Of a stretch of 41,687 bases of DNA, positions 1-11,341 are shown in pieces. This DNA is from a virus. Its lineage: Duplodnaviria > Heunggongvirae > Uroviricota > Caudoviricetes. The notes under the pieces were generated by a model. The model saw nothing but the letters and a program-made list of their open reading frames with translations, made no database searches and was not told where the DNA came from. The translations under genes were made by a program, and so were the position numbers. The stretch lies in IMG/VR virus record IMGVR_UViG_637000104_000001. One strand, written 5' to 3'. Within the stretch, counting starts at the first letter, position 1. Each line of letters opens with the position of its first letter.

Positions 1-3091
<3,091 letters not shown>

Positions 3092-3102
<11 letters not shown>

Positions 3103-3328
3103 CAGCGATTATCCGTTGGAGTTTTGGGTTTGCGTTTATTGGGAGTTGCGGTTCTGCAAGCGTTCCTACAAAACGGGAATTTCGGTCAATCATCCAGTAG
3201 CGACCAACTTTTATAGCGGGTGGGGCCATCATTTTCCCTTGCGCGTATTTTTTCAGAACTCGCTCACTTGGTGCTAAGTCCCCAAATTCTTCTTTAGCCC
3301 AGTCCTGTAAAGTGATTAGTCGAGACAT
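3092..3328 (-). CDS. xis: Excisionase-like protein (Xis)
   Basis: 78-aa ORF immediately upstream of int and overlapping it by 11 nt, as lambda xis does; small basic protein. Not the lambda Xis sequence itself, so assignment is by position and size. Confidence 0.6.
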
Positions 3329-3467
3329 TTGTCCTCCTCTTAGCTGCTGAGGGAGTTTGTGACCGATATATCTGACATGATATTAAGCTCATGGCAGGTA
3401 CATCTCTTGACTGGTCATAGAGATAAATTTAATGCTGAGAAATGCAGTATTGAATTTATCAATTTTT

Positions 3468-3707
3468 CTATTTCCTGCGTATGGCACGTAACTTCTTAAT
3501 GTGTTCTGCCGTTTCGATCTCTTCTGCTATCCGATCTGCATCAGCTTTATTCACAGGTTCAAAGTCATGATTAAAGCGGAACATGCTGGCGATACATGTT
3601 CTGCCTTTTCGGATGTAGTGAACTTTGTTGTGGGTAGAACGCAGGATTTTGCAGGGAGTGCCGTGGTGGTCGACGTACCAGGTGTTAGGAAAAATGATTC
3701 TGAACAT
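3468..3707 (-). CDS. Hypothetical protein (ea-region)
   Basis: 79-aa ORF in the int-exo accessory region; no recognised motif. Confidence 0.4.
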   Translation of the reverse strand: MFRIIFPNTWYVDHHGTPCKILRSTHNKVHYIRKGRTCIASMFRFNHDFEPVNKADADRIAEEIETAEHIKKLRAIRRK

Positions 3708-3754
3708 TTTTACACCTCAGTTGGACGATGTTGAAATTTGCTGCTTTGAGGCCA

Positions 3755-3973
3755 TCACAGTCCCCATTGTTTGTTCTTAAGTTCGATCTCCTCCTGGCAA
3801 CTTGCACAAGTCCGACAACCCTGAACGGCCAGGCGTCTTCGTTCATCTATCGGATCGCCACACTCACAACAATGAGTGGCAGATATAGCCTGGTGGTTCA
3901 GGCGGCGCATTTTTATTGCTGTGTTGCGCTGTAATTCTTCAATTTCTGATGCTGAATCAATGATGTCTGCCAT
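3755..3973 (-). CDS. TraR/DksA-family C4 zinc-finger protein
   Basis: 72 aa with CxxC...CxxC (HCCECG ... CRTCASCQ) at the C-terminus, typical of phage TraR-like proteins. Confidence 0.65.
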   Translation of the reverse strand: MADIIDSASEIEELQRNTAIKMRRLNHQAISATHCCECGDPIDERRRLAVQGCRTCASCQEEIELKNKQWGL

Positions 3974-4071
3974 CTTTCATTAATCCCTGAATTGTTGGTT
4001 AATACGCTTGAGGGTGAATGCGAATAATAAAAAAGGAGCCTGTAGCTCCATGATGATTTTGTTTTTCATGT

Positions 4072-4353
4072 TCACCGTTCCTTAAAGACGCCGTTTAACA
4101 TGCCGATCGCCAGGCTTAAATGAGTCGGTGTGAATCCCATCAGCGTTACCGTTTCGCGGTGCTTCTTCAGTACGCTACGGCAAATGTCATCGACGTTTTT
4201 ATCCGGAAACTGCTGTCTGGCTTTTTTGATTTCATAATTAGCCTGACGGGCAATACTGCGAAGGGCGTTTTCTTGCTGAGGTGTCATTGAACAAGTCCCA
4301 TGTCGGCAAGCATAAGCACACAGAATATGAAGCCCGCTGCCAGAAAAATGCAT
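4072..4353 (-). CDS. Hypothetical protein (93 aa; possibly shorter from internal Met at 4287)
   Basis: ORF in the lambda ea8.5/orf61 position; no motif recognised. Confidence 0.4.
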   Translation of the reverse strand: MHFSGSGLHILCAYACRHGTCSMTPQQENALRSIARQANYEIKKARQQFPDKNVDDICRSVLKKHRETVTLMGFTPTHLSLAIGMLNGVFKER

Positions 4354-4363
4354 TCAGTGGTTG

Positions 4364-4555
4364 TCATACCTGGTCTCTCTCATCTGCTTCTGCTTTCGCC
4401 ACCATCATTTCCAGCTTTTGTGAAAGGGATGTGGCTAACGTATGAAATTCTTCGTCTGTTTCTACTGGTATTGGCACAAACCTGACTCCAATTTGAGCGA
4501 GGCTATGTGCCATCTCGATACTCGTTCTTAACTCAACGGGAGATGCTTTGTGCAT
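4364..4555 (-). CDS. Hypothetical protein, lambda orf63-like
   Basis: 63 aa, same size and position relative to exo as lambda orf63. Confidence 0.5.
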   Translation of the reverse strand: MHKASPVELRTSIEMAHSLAQIGVRFVPIPVETDEEFHTLATSLSQKLEMMVAKAEADERDQV

Positions 4556-4716
4556 ACAGCCCCTCGTTTATTATTTATCTCCTCAGCCAGCCGCTGGGCT
4601 TTCAGTGGATTTTGGATAACAGAAAGGCCGGGAAATACCCAGCCTCGCTTTGTAACGGAGTAGACGAAAGTGATCGCGCCTACCCGGATATTATCGTGAG
4701 GATGCTTCATCGCCAT
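4528..4716 (-). CDS. Hypothetical protein, lambda orf60a-like
   Basis: 62-aa ORF overlapping the exo stop and the orf63-like start, the same overlapping arrangement as lambda orf60a. Confidence 0.4.
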   Translation of the reverse strand: MAMKHPHDNIRVGAITFVYSVTKRGWVFPGLSVIQNPLKAQRLAEEINNKRGAVCTKHLPLS

Positions 4717-5387
4717 TGCTCCCCAAATACAAAACCAATTTCAGCCAGTGCCACGTCCATTTTTTCGATGAACTCCGGCACCATCTCGTCAAAATTCGCC
4801 ATGTACTTTTCATTCCGCTCAATCACGACATAATGCAGGCCTTCACGCTTCATACGCGGGTCATAGTTGGCAAAGTACCAGGCATCTTTTCGCGTCACCC
4901 ACATGCTGTACTGCACCTGGGCCATGTAAGCCGATTTTATGGCCTCGAAACCACCGAGCCGGAACTTCATGAAATCCCGGGAGGTAAACGGGCATTTCAG
5001 TTCAAGGCCGTTGCCGTCACTGCATAAACCATCGGGAGAGCAGGCGGTGCGCATACTTTCGTCGCGATAGATGATCGGGGATTCAGTAACATTCACGCCG
5101 GAAGTGAATTCAAACAGGGTTCTGGCGTCGTTCTCGTACTGTTTTCCCCAGGCCAGCGCCTTAGCATTAACTTCCGGAGCCACACCGGTGCAAACCTCAG
5201 CCAGCAGGGTGTGGAAGTAGGACATTTTCATGTCAGGCCACTTCTTTCCTGAGCGGGGCTTTGCTATCACGTTGTGAACTTCTGAAGCGGTGATGACGCC
5301 GAGCCGTAATTTGTGCCATGCATCATCCCCCTGTTCGACAGCTCTCACGTCGATCCCGGTACGCTGCAGGATAATGTCCGGTGTCAT
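4707..5387 (-). CDS. exo: Lambda exonuclease (Red alpha)
   Basis: 226-aa translation is near-identical to remembered lambda Exo ([40 protein letters not shown]...). Confidence 0.97.
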   Translation of the reverse strand: MTPDIILQRTGIDVRAVEQGDDAWHKLRLGVITASEVHNVIAKPRSGKKWPDMKMSYFHTLLAEVCTGVAPEVNAKALAWGKQYENDARTLFEFTSGVNVTESPIIYRDESMRTACSPDGLCSDGNGLELKCPFTSRDFMKFRLGGFEAIKSAYMAQVQYSMWVTRKDAWYFANYDPRMKREGLHYVVIERNEKYMANFDEMVPEFIEKMDVALAEIGFVFGEQWR

Positions 5388-6169
5388 GCTGCCACCTTCT
5401 GCTCAGTGGCTTTCTGTTTCAGGAATCCAAGAGCTTTCACTGCTTCGGCCTGTGTCAGTTCTGACGATGCGCGAATGTCGCGGCGAAATATCTGGGAACA
5501 GAGCGGCAATAAGTCGTCATCCCATGTTTTATCCAGGGCGATCAGCAGAGTGTTAATCTCCTGCATGGTTTCATCGTTAACCGGAGTGATGTCGCGTTCT
5601 GGCTGACGTTCTGCAGTGTATGCAGTATTTTCGACAATGCGCTCGGCTTCATCCTTGTCATAGATACCAGCAAATCCGAAGGCCAGACGGGCACACTGAA
5701 TCATGGCTTTATGCCGTAACATCCGTTTGGGATGCGACTGCCACGGCCCCGTGATTTCTCTGCCTTCGCGAGTTTTGAATGGTTCGCGGCGGCATTCATC
5801 CATCCATTCGGTAACGCAGATCGGATGATTACGGTCCTTGCGGTAAATCCGGCATGTACAGGATTCATTGTCCTGCTCAAAGTCCATGCCATCAAACTGC
5901 TGGTTTTCATTGATGATGCGGGACCAGCCATCAACGCCCACCACCGGAACGATGCCGTTCTGCTTATCAGGGAAGGCGTAAATTTCTTTCGTCCACGGAT
6001 TAAGGCCGTACTGGTTGGCGACGATCAACAATGCGATGAACTGCGCATCGCTGGCATCACCTTTAAATGCTGTCTGGCGAAGAGTGGTGATCAGTTCCTG
6101 TGGGTCGACAGAATCCATGCCGACACGTTCAGCCAGCTTCCCTGCCAGCGTTGCGTGTGCTGTACTCAT
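5384..6169 (-). CDS. bet: Red beta single-strand annealing protein
   Basis: 261 aa, near-identical to remembered lambda Bet ([43 protein letters not shown]...). Confidence 0.97.
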   Translation of the reverse strand: MSTAHATLAGKLAERVGMDSVDPQELITTLRQTAFKGDASDAQFIALLIVANQYGLNPWTKEIYAFPDKQNGIVPVVGVDGWSRIINENQQFDGMDFEQDNESCTCRIYRKDRNHPICVTEWMDECRREPFKTREGREITGPWQSHPKRMLRHKAMIQCARLAFGFAGIYDKDEAERIVENTAYTAERQPERDITPVNDETMQEINTLLIALDKTWDDDLLPLCSQIFRRDIRASSELTQAEAVKALGFLKQKATEQKVAA

Positions 6170-6174
6170 CCGTT

Positions 6175-6471
6175 TTATACCTCTGAATCAATATCAACCT
6201 GATGGTGAGCAATGGTTTCAACCATGTACCGGATGTGTTCTGCCATGCGCTCCTGAAACTCAACATCGTCATCAAACGCACGGGTAATGGCTTTTTTGCT
6301 GGCCCCGTGGCGTTGCAAATGATCGATGCATAGCGATTCAAACAGGTGCTGGGGCAGGCCTTTTTCCATGTCGTCTGCCAGTTCTGCCTCTTTCTCTTCA
6401 CGGGCGATCTGCTGGTAGTGACGCACCCAGCTCTGAGCCTCAAGACGATCCTGAATGTAATAAGCGTTCAT
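6175..6471 (-). CDS. gam: Gam, RecBCD inhibitor (98-aa form)
   Basis: [54 protein letters not shown] matches lambda GamS. Confidence 0.95.
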   Translation of the reverse strand: MNAYYIQDRLEAQSWVRHYQQIAREEKEAELADDMEKGLPQHLFESLCIDHLQRHGASKKAITRAFDDDVEFQERMAEHIRYMVETIAHHQVDIDSEV

Positions 6472-6545
6472 GGCTGAACTCCTGAAATAGCTGTGAAAAT
6501 ATCGCCCGCGAAATGCCAGGCTGATTAGGAAAACAGGAAAGGGGG

Positions 6546-6752
6546 TTAGTGATTCAGGCCGTTGCCGCGTCCGTCGAGAAAAACTTCCACGAGCAAGTCA
6601 CGGGTATAAGTGCGCTCGATGCCGCGATGCAGATAAAGCCGTCCGCGTAAATTAGCTGATGCAGTCCAGGTACCATCTTTGTGTTTGACCAGCATTCCTG
6701 GCATGACCGCACCGCGATTAACGGTCTGTGTTCCGTAATGTTGATGAACCAT
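6546..6752 (-). CDS. Small protein in the kil position (68 aa from the Met with a strong AGGAG RBS)
   Basis: Part of the 136-aa ORF 6546..6956; the internal ATG at 6750-6752 is preceded by AGGAG with a 6-nt spacer. It is the first gene upstream of gam in transcript order, where lambda has kil. Identity with Kil is not verified. Confidence 0.4.
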   Translation of the reverse strand: MVHQHYGTQTVNRGAVMPGMLVKHKDGTWTASANLRGRLYLHRGIERTYTRDLLVEVFLDGRGNGLNH

Positions 6753-7029
6753 AAAAACTCCTGCCCGTAAGCTGGGCTGCTGAACATATAGAGACTTCTG
6801 CGCGTATTCAGGCGGTGGATGGCCGCCGGTTGTCATAACTAAACCGCCTCGTTGAAGCGACTGAGGTATGAAATGTTGAGTTAATTTCAGCTGGTCACAC
6901 CGACGTTCACGCGTCCGTTTCACCCCTCGCACTCCCCGAAGCCTGCTGAAATTCAAACTGCGGATCTAAGCGGTCATCGCAACGGTGAATCAGGTGGTTG
7001 CCGTATCGTTGTGTTGTTGCGATATGGTG

Positions 7030-7074
7030 ATAATAGCTATTGCTATTGGTGATATCAATACTTATTGCTATTGG
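7030..7074 (-). promoter_or_regulatory. Putative oL/pL: leftward sigma70 promoter (TTGATA-17-TATTAT) overlapping repeated operator motif
   Basis: Minus-strand reading gives TTGATA (7058-7053), a 17-nt spacer, then TATTAT (7035-7030). Motif ATTGCTATTGG occurs at 7039-7049 and 7064-7074, and related copies occur in the cI-cro intergenic region. Confidence 0.5.
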
Positions 7075-7195
7075 TTGATGTGTTTTGATATTAAATGTTT
7101 GATAGCAAAAAGAATTAATTTTGTGACTTGCATCGCATAGCGATAACTGAAGGGAGGATGTGGTGGTTTTTCGAACGGTTTGTGTGATGAGGGGA

Positions 7196-7223
7196 CAAAA
7201 GAAAACCCGGCACGGTGGCCGGG
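7196..7223 (-). terminator. Intrinsic terminator after the cI-operon cargo genes (tImm-like)
   Basis: Hairpin CCCGGC-ACGGTG-GCCGGG (7206-7223), followed on the minus strand by TTTTCTTTTG; lies just 3' of the ASCH ORF stop. Confidence 0.65.
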
Positions 7224-7227
7224 ATTC

Positions 7228-7605
7228 TTACGCAGGTAGGTAAAGATATGATTGTGGTGGCTTAATATTACTACCTAGAGCAGAGATAGGAATTGGTTCT
7301 TTATATCTTTCCACTTCACCAATTTTTATTGCGTAGGCCTTTTCTCTACCTGAATAATATGAGTCATAAAATTGCTTAGAAATACCTGCGTGTTTTTCCG
7401 TCTTTTTCCAAAGAGATTCCGGTTCGTCACTTAGTATTGATTCAATACGGAATTGACCAACAACTTTACCTAATGGCATCGTGGCATAAATAACAACGGT
7501 GCTAATTTGCGGATTTTTGAATATACCTTTACGAAACTCGAACCGCTTTGTTCCGTTCAATATTTTTTCTGCAAACTCAGGCTTAATGGATAATAAAACT
7601 TTCAT
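7228..7605 (-). CDS. ASCH-domain protein (PUA-like fold), 125 aa
   Basis: N-terminal MKVLLSIKPEFAEKILNGTKRFEFRKG resembles the ASCH signature (..SIK..wAe.I..G.K..E.R); overlaps the upstream ORF by 23 nt. Confidence 0.6.
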   Translation of the reverse strand: MKVLLSIKPEFAEKILNGTKRFEFRKGIFKNPQISTVVIYATMPLGKVVGQFRIESILSDEPESLWKKTEKHAGISKQFYDSYYSGREKAYAIKIGEVERYKEPIPISALGSNIKPPQSYLYLPA

Positions 7606-8656
7606 TTATCTTGCCTAACTCGATGATCTTTAAGAACTGCTCATTTGTGAGTTTAAAGTGACTCCATCGGAATGCACGCGAACCATTTAGCCCCACATGA
7701 TCTATTAAAATAGCACGATTGGGTCTCTTTGGCAAAGACAGATTGTATGTGAATCTTATAATGAAAGGGTATCGACGTTCTTTATAGATTTTTCTGAGTT
7801 CATCTTCAGAAAATACGCTAAAACGAATACAATAGTCTACAAAACTATCTTCGCTTAAAAATTCAGAAATATTTTTTACGCTCTCAACTACACATAATGT
7901 ACTGGCTACAGAACGATAGCGAGCTGGCCCTTTTTTGTCTCCGGTTCTATAGATGACAATGATATCTCCTCTTTTCATTCCCATCACAGAACGCATTCCA
8001 CATATGTAAATTTTATGAATGCTGTTAGCATGGGATATATCTTTGACAATATCTGGTGATTCATTTACAAGTTTTGAATCAGGGAATAGTCTAGTGTGAT
8101 ATTCGGGATAAATCGCCAGTAAATATTTGTTGGCCCTTGATGTCATTATTCGAGGGTAATCTAATAAAATATCACCATAAGGCTCATGCAAAGACCTCGC
8201 ATATACAAACTCTTTCCCGTTATGTGTTTCTTTTTCACCATGAATGTAAAATCCGTACGTTTGGAAAAGTTTTATTAGATGGACGTGTTTGTCGAAAACA
8301 GTAACATAAATATCATCAGATTTTGATGAAAATGCATGGTCAAACGCTTTTTTTAGAAATCGTTGTCCGCGAAGGGTGCCTTTAGATTCAAATTTGAATG
8401 TTCCTATCTTTAGATGACGTCCTGGTGGGAGCGCTGGATTAATGTCATTTGCATCATCATTTTCTTTTAGATACATAAAACCTTCGATTTTATGCTTGTC
8501 ATCATAGAGCACATAAGCTGATTCTCCTTCTCTGGCTTTTTTTTCTAACCAAAGAGGAAACTCTTTATAATCTTTTTTTAAAGAGTCAAAAAATGGGTCA
8601 TTGTGATCAAAATCAGAGAATTTCTCATATTTTAAAGTATCCATTAAGTTCTCCAT
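7583..8656 (-). CDS. GNAT-like acetyltransferase-fold protein with unassigned C-terminal domain, 357 aa (alternative start at Met5)
   Basis: N-terminal half has GNAT-like elements (LKIGTFKFESKGTLRGQRFLKKAF; LIKLFQTYGFYIHGE resembling the a..LY.k.GF motif). Sits directly downstream of the repressor gene on the same strand. Fold assignment is from motif reading only. Confidence 0.45.
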   Translation of the reverse strand: MENLMDTLKYEKFSDFDHNDPFFDSLKKDYKEFPLWLEKKAREGESAYVLYDDKHKIEGFMYLKENDDANDINPALPPGRHLKIGTFKFESKGTLRGQRFLKKAFDHAFSSKSDDIYVTVFDKHVHLIKLFQTYGFYIHGEKETHNGKEFVYARSLHEPYGDILLDYPRIMTSRANKYLLAIYPEYHTRLFPDSKLVNESPDIVKDISHANSIHKIYICGMRSVMGMKRGDIIVIYRTGDKKGPARYRSVASTLCVVESVKNISEFLSEDSFVDYCIRFSVFSEDELRKIYKERRYPFIIRFTYNLSLPKRPNRAILIDHVGLNGSRAFRWSHFKLTNEQFLKIIELGKINESFIIH

Positions 8657-8724
8657 TCTAAAATGAATAATTAAGTTGTTTTACTGAATGAGCACAATGC
8701 CCGGTTGATAATTTTTAATTGGTA

Positions 8725-9453
8725 CTATCCATGCTTCCTATACGTCTGCGGCATGCTCCCAATAACTTTCCCGAAGATAAATACCCGGTTCATCTCATCT
8801 TTCTCGATCGGGTCCCACGGTGAGTAGCTTTTGTTATCAGAGATAACCAGCAGCTTATCCTTCATCATTTGCAGGCGCTTTACATGGGCTGTGTCGTCGT
8901 ACAGAAACGCATAGATACCATCACCGTCGAAAGATTTAACCGTGATATCAACGAATAGAAGATCACCAGGTTCAATCGTTCCTGACATGCTGTCACCGCG
9001 TACGTTAATGATGCGGATATTTTCTGCCTTCCTACCATCGAACATGTGACGAGCATCGTCAAACGAGTACTCAACCGAGCGTAGAACTTCTACAAACTCA
9101 CGGTTGATGACTCCCGGCCCGGCACTCACTTCTATATCAAGAACGTCAATTTTAAAGTATTTGGAATAGCTGACAGCAGGCTTCCCTGATTGTTGACCGT
9201 CATTTCTCATCGGGCCTATGCCTGATGAGAGCCATTCTGTTCGAACACCCAATGCATTAGCTATTTCAACAATTTTTGTTGAGCCGCGCGCGTTGCCGCT
9301 TGTCAGTCTCCAGATTGTGGGTTGAGCTACGCCAGACGCCTTTGCAAGAGCGCCTTGAGACATTCCAGATTGTTCCATCGCTAGGTTTAAGCGATCAGCA
9401 AGAGTTTCTTTTTTCATAAGTTTTAATTTATACGCTTGCGTATTGATGGTCAA
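8725..9453 (-). CDS. CI-like prophage repressor (HTH N-terminus + S24 LexA-like autopeptidase C-terminus)
   Basis: HTH region QGALAKASGVAQPTIWRL; S24 catalytic Ser in VRGDSMSG and Lys in HVKRL. Divergent from the cro-like gene. The true start may be the internal Met (MKKETLADRLN). Confidence 0.85.
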   Translation of the reverse strand: MTINTQAYKLKLMKKETLADRLNLAMEQSGMSQGALAKASGVAQPTIWRLTSGNARGSTKIVEIANALGVRTEWLSSGIGPMRNDGQQSGKPAVSYSKYFKIDVLDIEVSAGPGVINREFVEVLRSVEYSFDDARHMFDGRKAENIRIINVRGDSMSGTIEPGDLLFVDITVKSFDGDGIYAFLYDDTAHVKRLQMMKDKLLVISDNKSYSPWDPIEKDEMNRVFIFGKVIGSMPQTYRKHG

Positions 9454-9461
9454 AAAACGTT

Positions 9462-9519
9462 TTGCTATTGCTTGGATTAATACGCATTGCTATTATTTAT
9501 TCATTGCAATACCAATAGG
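9462..9519 (+). promoter_or_regulatory. Putative oR/pR operator-promoter region
   Basis: Operator-like motifs TTGCTATTG (9462-9470), ATTGCTATT (9486-9494) and CATTGCAATACCAATAGG (9502-9519). Candidate pR is TTGCTT (9468-9473), 17-nt spacer, TATTAT (9491-9496); AGGA RBS precedes the cro-like ATG. Confidence 0.5.
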
Positions 9520-9527
9520 AATTGATA

Positions 9528-9755
9528 ATGACAAATCAAACCATTCAACTCGCAATCAGTATTACAGGTAGTCAAAAACGACTGGCAGATCTATGCGGTG
9601 TAGCCCAACCCACAGTTTGGCGTTGGCTACACGGTGGCGGAATTGATGCCCGCTATGTAATGAAAATTGTCTCAGCCACTGGTGGAAAGATTAAACCAGC
9701 AGATATTCGTCCCGACCTCGCACCATTGTTTAACGCGAGTAATTCTGCCGCCTAA
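9528..9755 (+). CDS. Cro-like HTH regulator (YdaS-like)
   Basis: Small HTH protein (LADLCGVAQPTVWRWLHG), first gene of the rightward operon, divergent from the repressor. Confidence 0.7.
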   Translation: MTNQTIQLAISITGSQKRLADLCGVAQPTVWRWLHGGGIDARYVMKIVSATGGKIKPADIRPDLAPLFNASNSAA

Positions 9756-9779
9756 ACTGCGGCGTTAACTGATAAGGCA

Positions 9780-10325
9780 ATGACTATGCAACCACTTACA
9801 TACCAACAGACTAGCGGATTTAGCCCGACTGCGGTGATAAATCGTTCTCAAACAAAACAGGCGCCAGGCCACGAAAAAATCCGTGATGCCGTTCGCGCCT
9901 GGTCGGCTGCAGATAATCAGGATGTTGTTGCCGCACTCATTGTGAATGAGTATCGGGAGCAGGGCGGCGGCACCATCGATTTCCCTGATGATGTCAGCCG
10001 TGCACGCCAGAAGCTGTTCCGCTTTCTCGATAACAAATTCGATTCTGAAAAATACCGAAATAACGTGCGTGAACTGACCCCGGCAATTCTGGCGGTACTA
10101 CCGCTGGAATATCGCGGCCACCTGGTTGAGCAGGATAGCTACATGGCTCGGCTGGCTGAAATGGAAAAGGAACTCAGTGAGGCAAAACAGGCTGTCATTC
10201 TCAACGCACCACGCCACCAGAAACTGAAGGAGATGAGTGAAGGCATTGTGTCGATGTTTCGTGTGGACCCGGATCTGGCTGGTCCATTGATGGCGATGGT
10301 CACCACCATGCTGGGGGCAATATGA
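9780..10325 (+). CDS. CII-like regulatory protein (YdaT/CII-analogue position), 181 aa
   Basis: Position between the cro-like gene and O; the assignment is positional only. Confidence 0.4.
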   Translation: MTMQPLTYQQTSGFSPTAVINRSQTKQAPGHEKIRDAVRAWSAADNQDVVAALIVNEYREQGGGTIDFPDDVSRARQKLFRFLDNKFDSEKYRNNVRELTPAILAVLPLEYRGHLVEQDSYMARLAEMEKELSEAKQAVILNAPRHQKLKEMSEGIVSMFRVDPDLAGPLMAMVTTMLGAI

Positions 10326-11341
10326 CAGGTTCAGAAATGGCGAAAGCCGGTCTGCGCGAACAGAACCGACTTTCAGGTGCAAATCGTAACACACTCATTG
10401 CGGGAGGAATTATGGCAAACACTGCTGAGATATTCAATTTTCCAGTGCCGGATGTGGCACAAAAGGAGCCGCGCGTGGCAGATCTCGATGATGGTTATAC
10501 GCGCATTGCAAATGAGTTGCTGGAAGCTGTGATGCTGGCCGGATTAACACAGCACCAGCTTCTGGTCTTCCTGGCTGTCATGCGCAAAACATATGGCTTT
10601 AATAAAAAACTGGATTGGGTGAGCAACGAGCAACTTTCCGAGTTGACCGGGATATTGCCGCACAAGTGTTCTGCTGCAAAAAGTGTTCTGGTAAAGCGTG
10701 GGATTTTTATTCAGAGCGGGCGGAATATCGGCATTAATAATGTGGTCAGTGAATGGTCAACATTACCCGAATCAGGTAAGAAAAATAAAGTTTACCTGAA
10801 AGAGGTAAATTTACCTGAATCAGGTAAGAAAAGTTTACCCAAATCAGGTAAAGACGTTTACCCGAATCAGGTAAACACAAAAGACAAACTAACAAAAGAC
10901 AATATAAAACCTTTTTCGTCCGAGAATTCTGGCGAATCCTCTGACCAGCCAGAAAACGATCTTCCTGTGGTGAAACCGGATGCTGCAATTCAGAGCGGCA
11001 GCAAGTGGGGGACAGCAGAAGACCTGACCGCCGCAGAGTGGATGTTTGACATGGTGAAGACCATCGCGCCATCAGCCAGAAAACCGAATTTTGCAGGGTG
11101 GGCCAACGACATCCGCCTGATGCGTGAGCGTGACGGGCGTAACCATCGCGACATGTGCGTTCTGTTCCGCTGGGCCTGCCAGGACAACTTCTGGTCCGGT
11201 AACGTGCTGAGTCCAGCAAAACTCCGCGACAAGTGGACTCAGCTCGAAATTAACCGCAACAAGCAACAGGCTGGTGTGACTGCCAGCAAACCAAAACTCG
11301 ACCTGACAAACACTGACTGGATTTACGGGGTGGAGCTATGA
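10322..11341 (+). CDS. O: Replication initiator O (alternative start at 10412 with GGGAGG RBS)
   Basis: ADLDDGYTR..LLEA....LT..Q..V.LA..RKTYG.NK matches the lambda O N-terminal domain; contains the iteron origin internally; ATGA overlap with the upstream stop. Confidence 0.85.
   Translation: MTGSEMAKAGLREQNRLSGANRNTLIAGGIMANTAEIFNFPVPDVAQKEPRVADLDDGYTRIANELLEAVMLAGLTQHQLLVFLAVMRKTYGFNKKLDWVSNEQLSELTGILPHKCSAAKSVLVKRGIFIQSGRNIGINNVVSEWSTLPESGKKNKVYLKEVNLPESGKKSLPKSGKDVYPNQVNTKDKLTKDNIKPFSSENSGESSDQPENDLPVVKPDAAIQSGSKWGTAEDLTAAEWMFDMVKTIAPSARKPNFAGWANDIRLMRERDGRNHRDMCVLFRWACQDNFWSGNVLSPAKLRDKWTQLEINRNKQQAGVTASKPKLDLTNTDWIYGVEL
10763..10915 (+). repeat. Replication origin: 4-5 iterons (approx. 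TTACCCGAATCAGGTAA, each internally palindromic) followed by an AT-rich stretch
   Basis: Direct repeats at about 10763-10780, 10791-10809, 10811-10828, 10834-10853 and 10857-10876, then AT-rich 10877-10915; located inside O as in ori-lambda. Confidence 0.75.

Noticed and set aside
6753-6956. Arg-rich N-terminal extension (KRTRERR) of the 136-aa ORF as a possible N-like antiterminator
   Set aside because: No RBS before the upstream ATG, whereas the internal ATG at 6752 has a strong AGGAG; no similarity to N beyond basic residues. Left as uncertain rather than annotated.
10763-10876. Direct repeats considered as a possible CRISPR array or VNTR
   Set aside because: The repeats are about 18 bp with 2-6 bp spacers and lie inside the O gene; this is the iteron architecture of a lambdoid origin, not repeat-spacer organisation.
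10746-11266. Minus-strand ORFs (157, 80, 64 aa) inside O
   Set aside because: Antisense to the replication initiator gene; no supporting signals.
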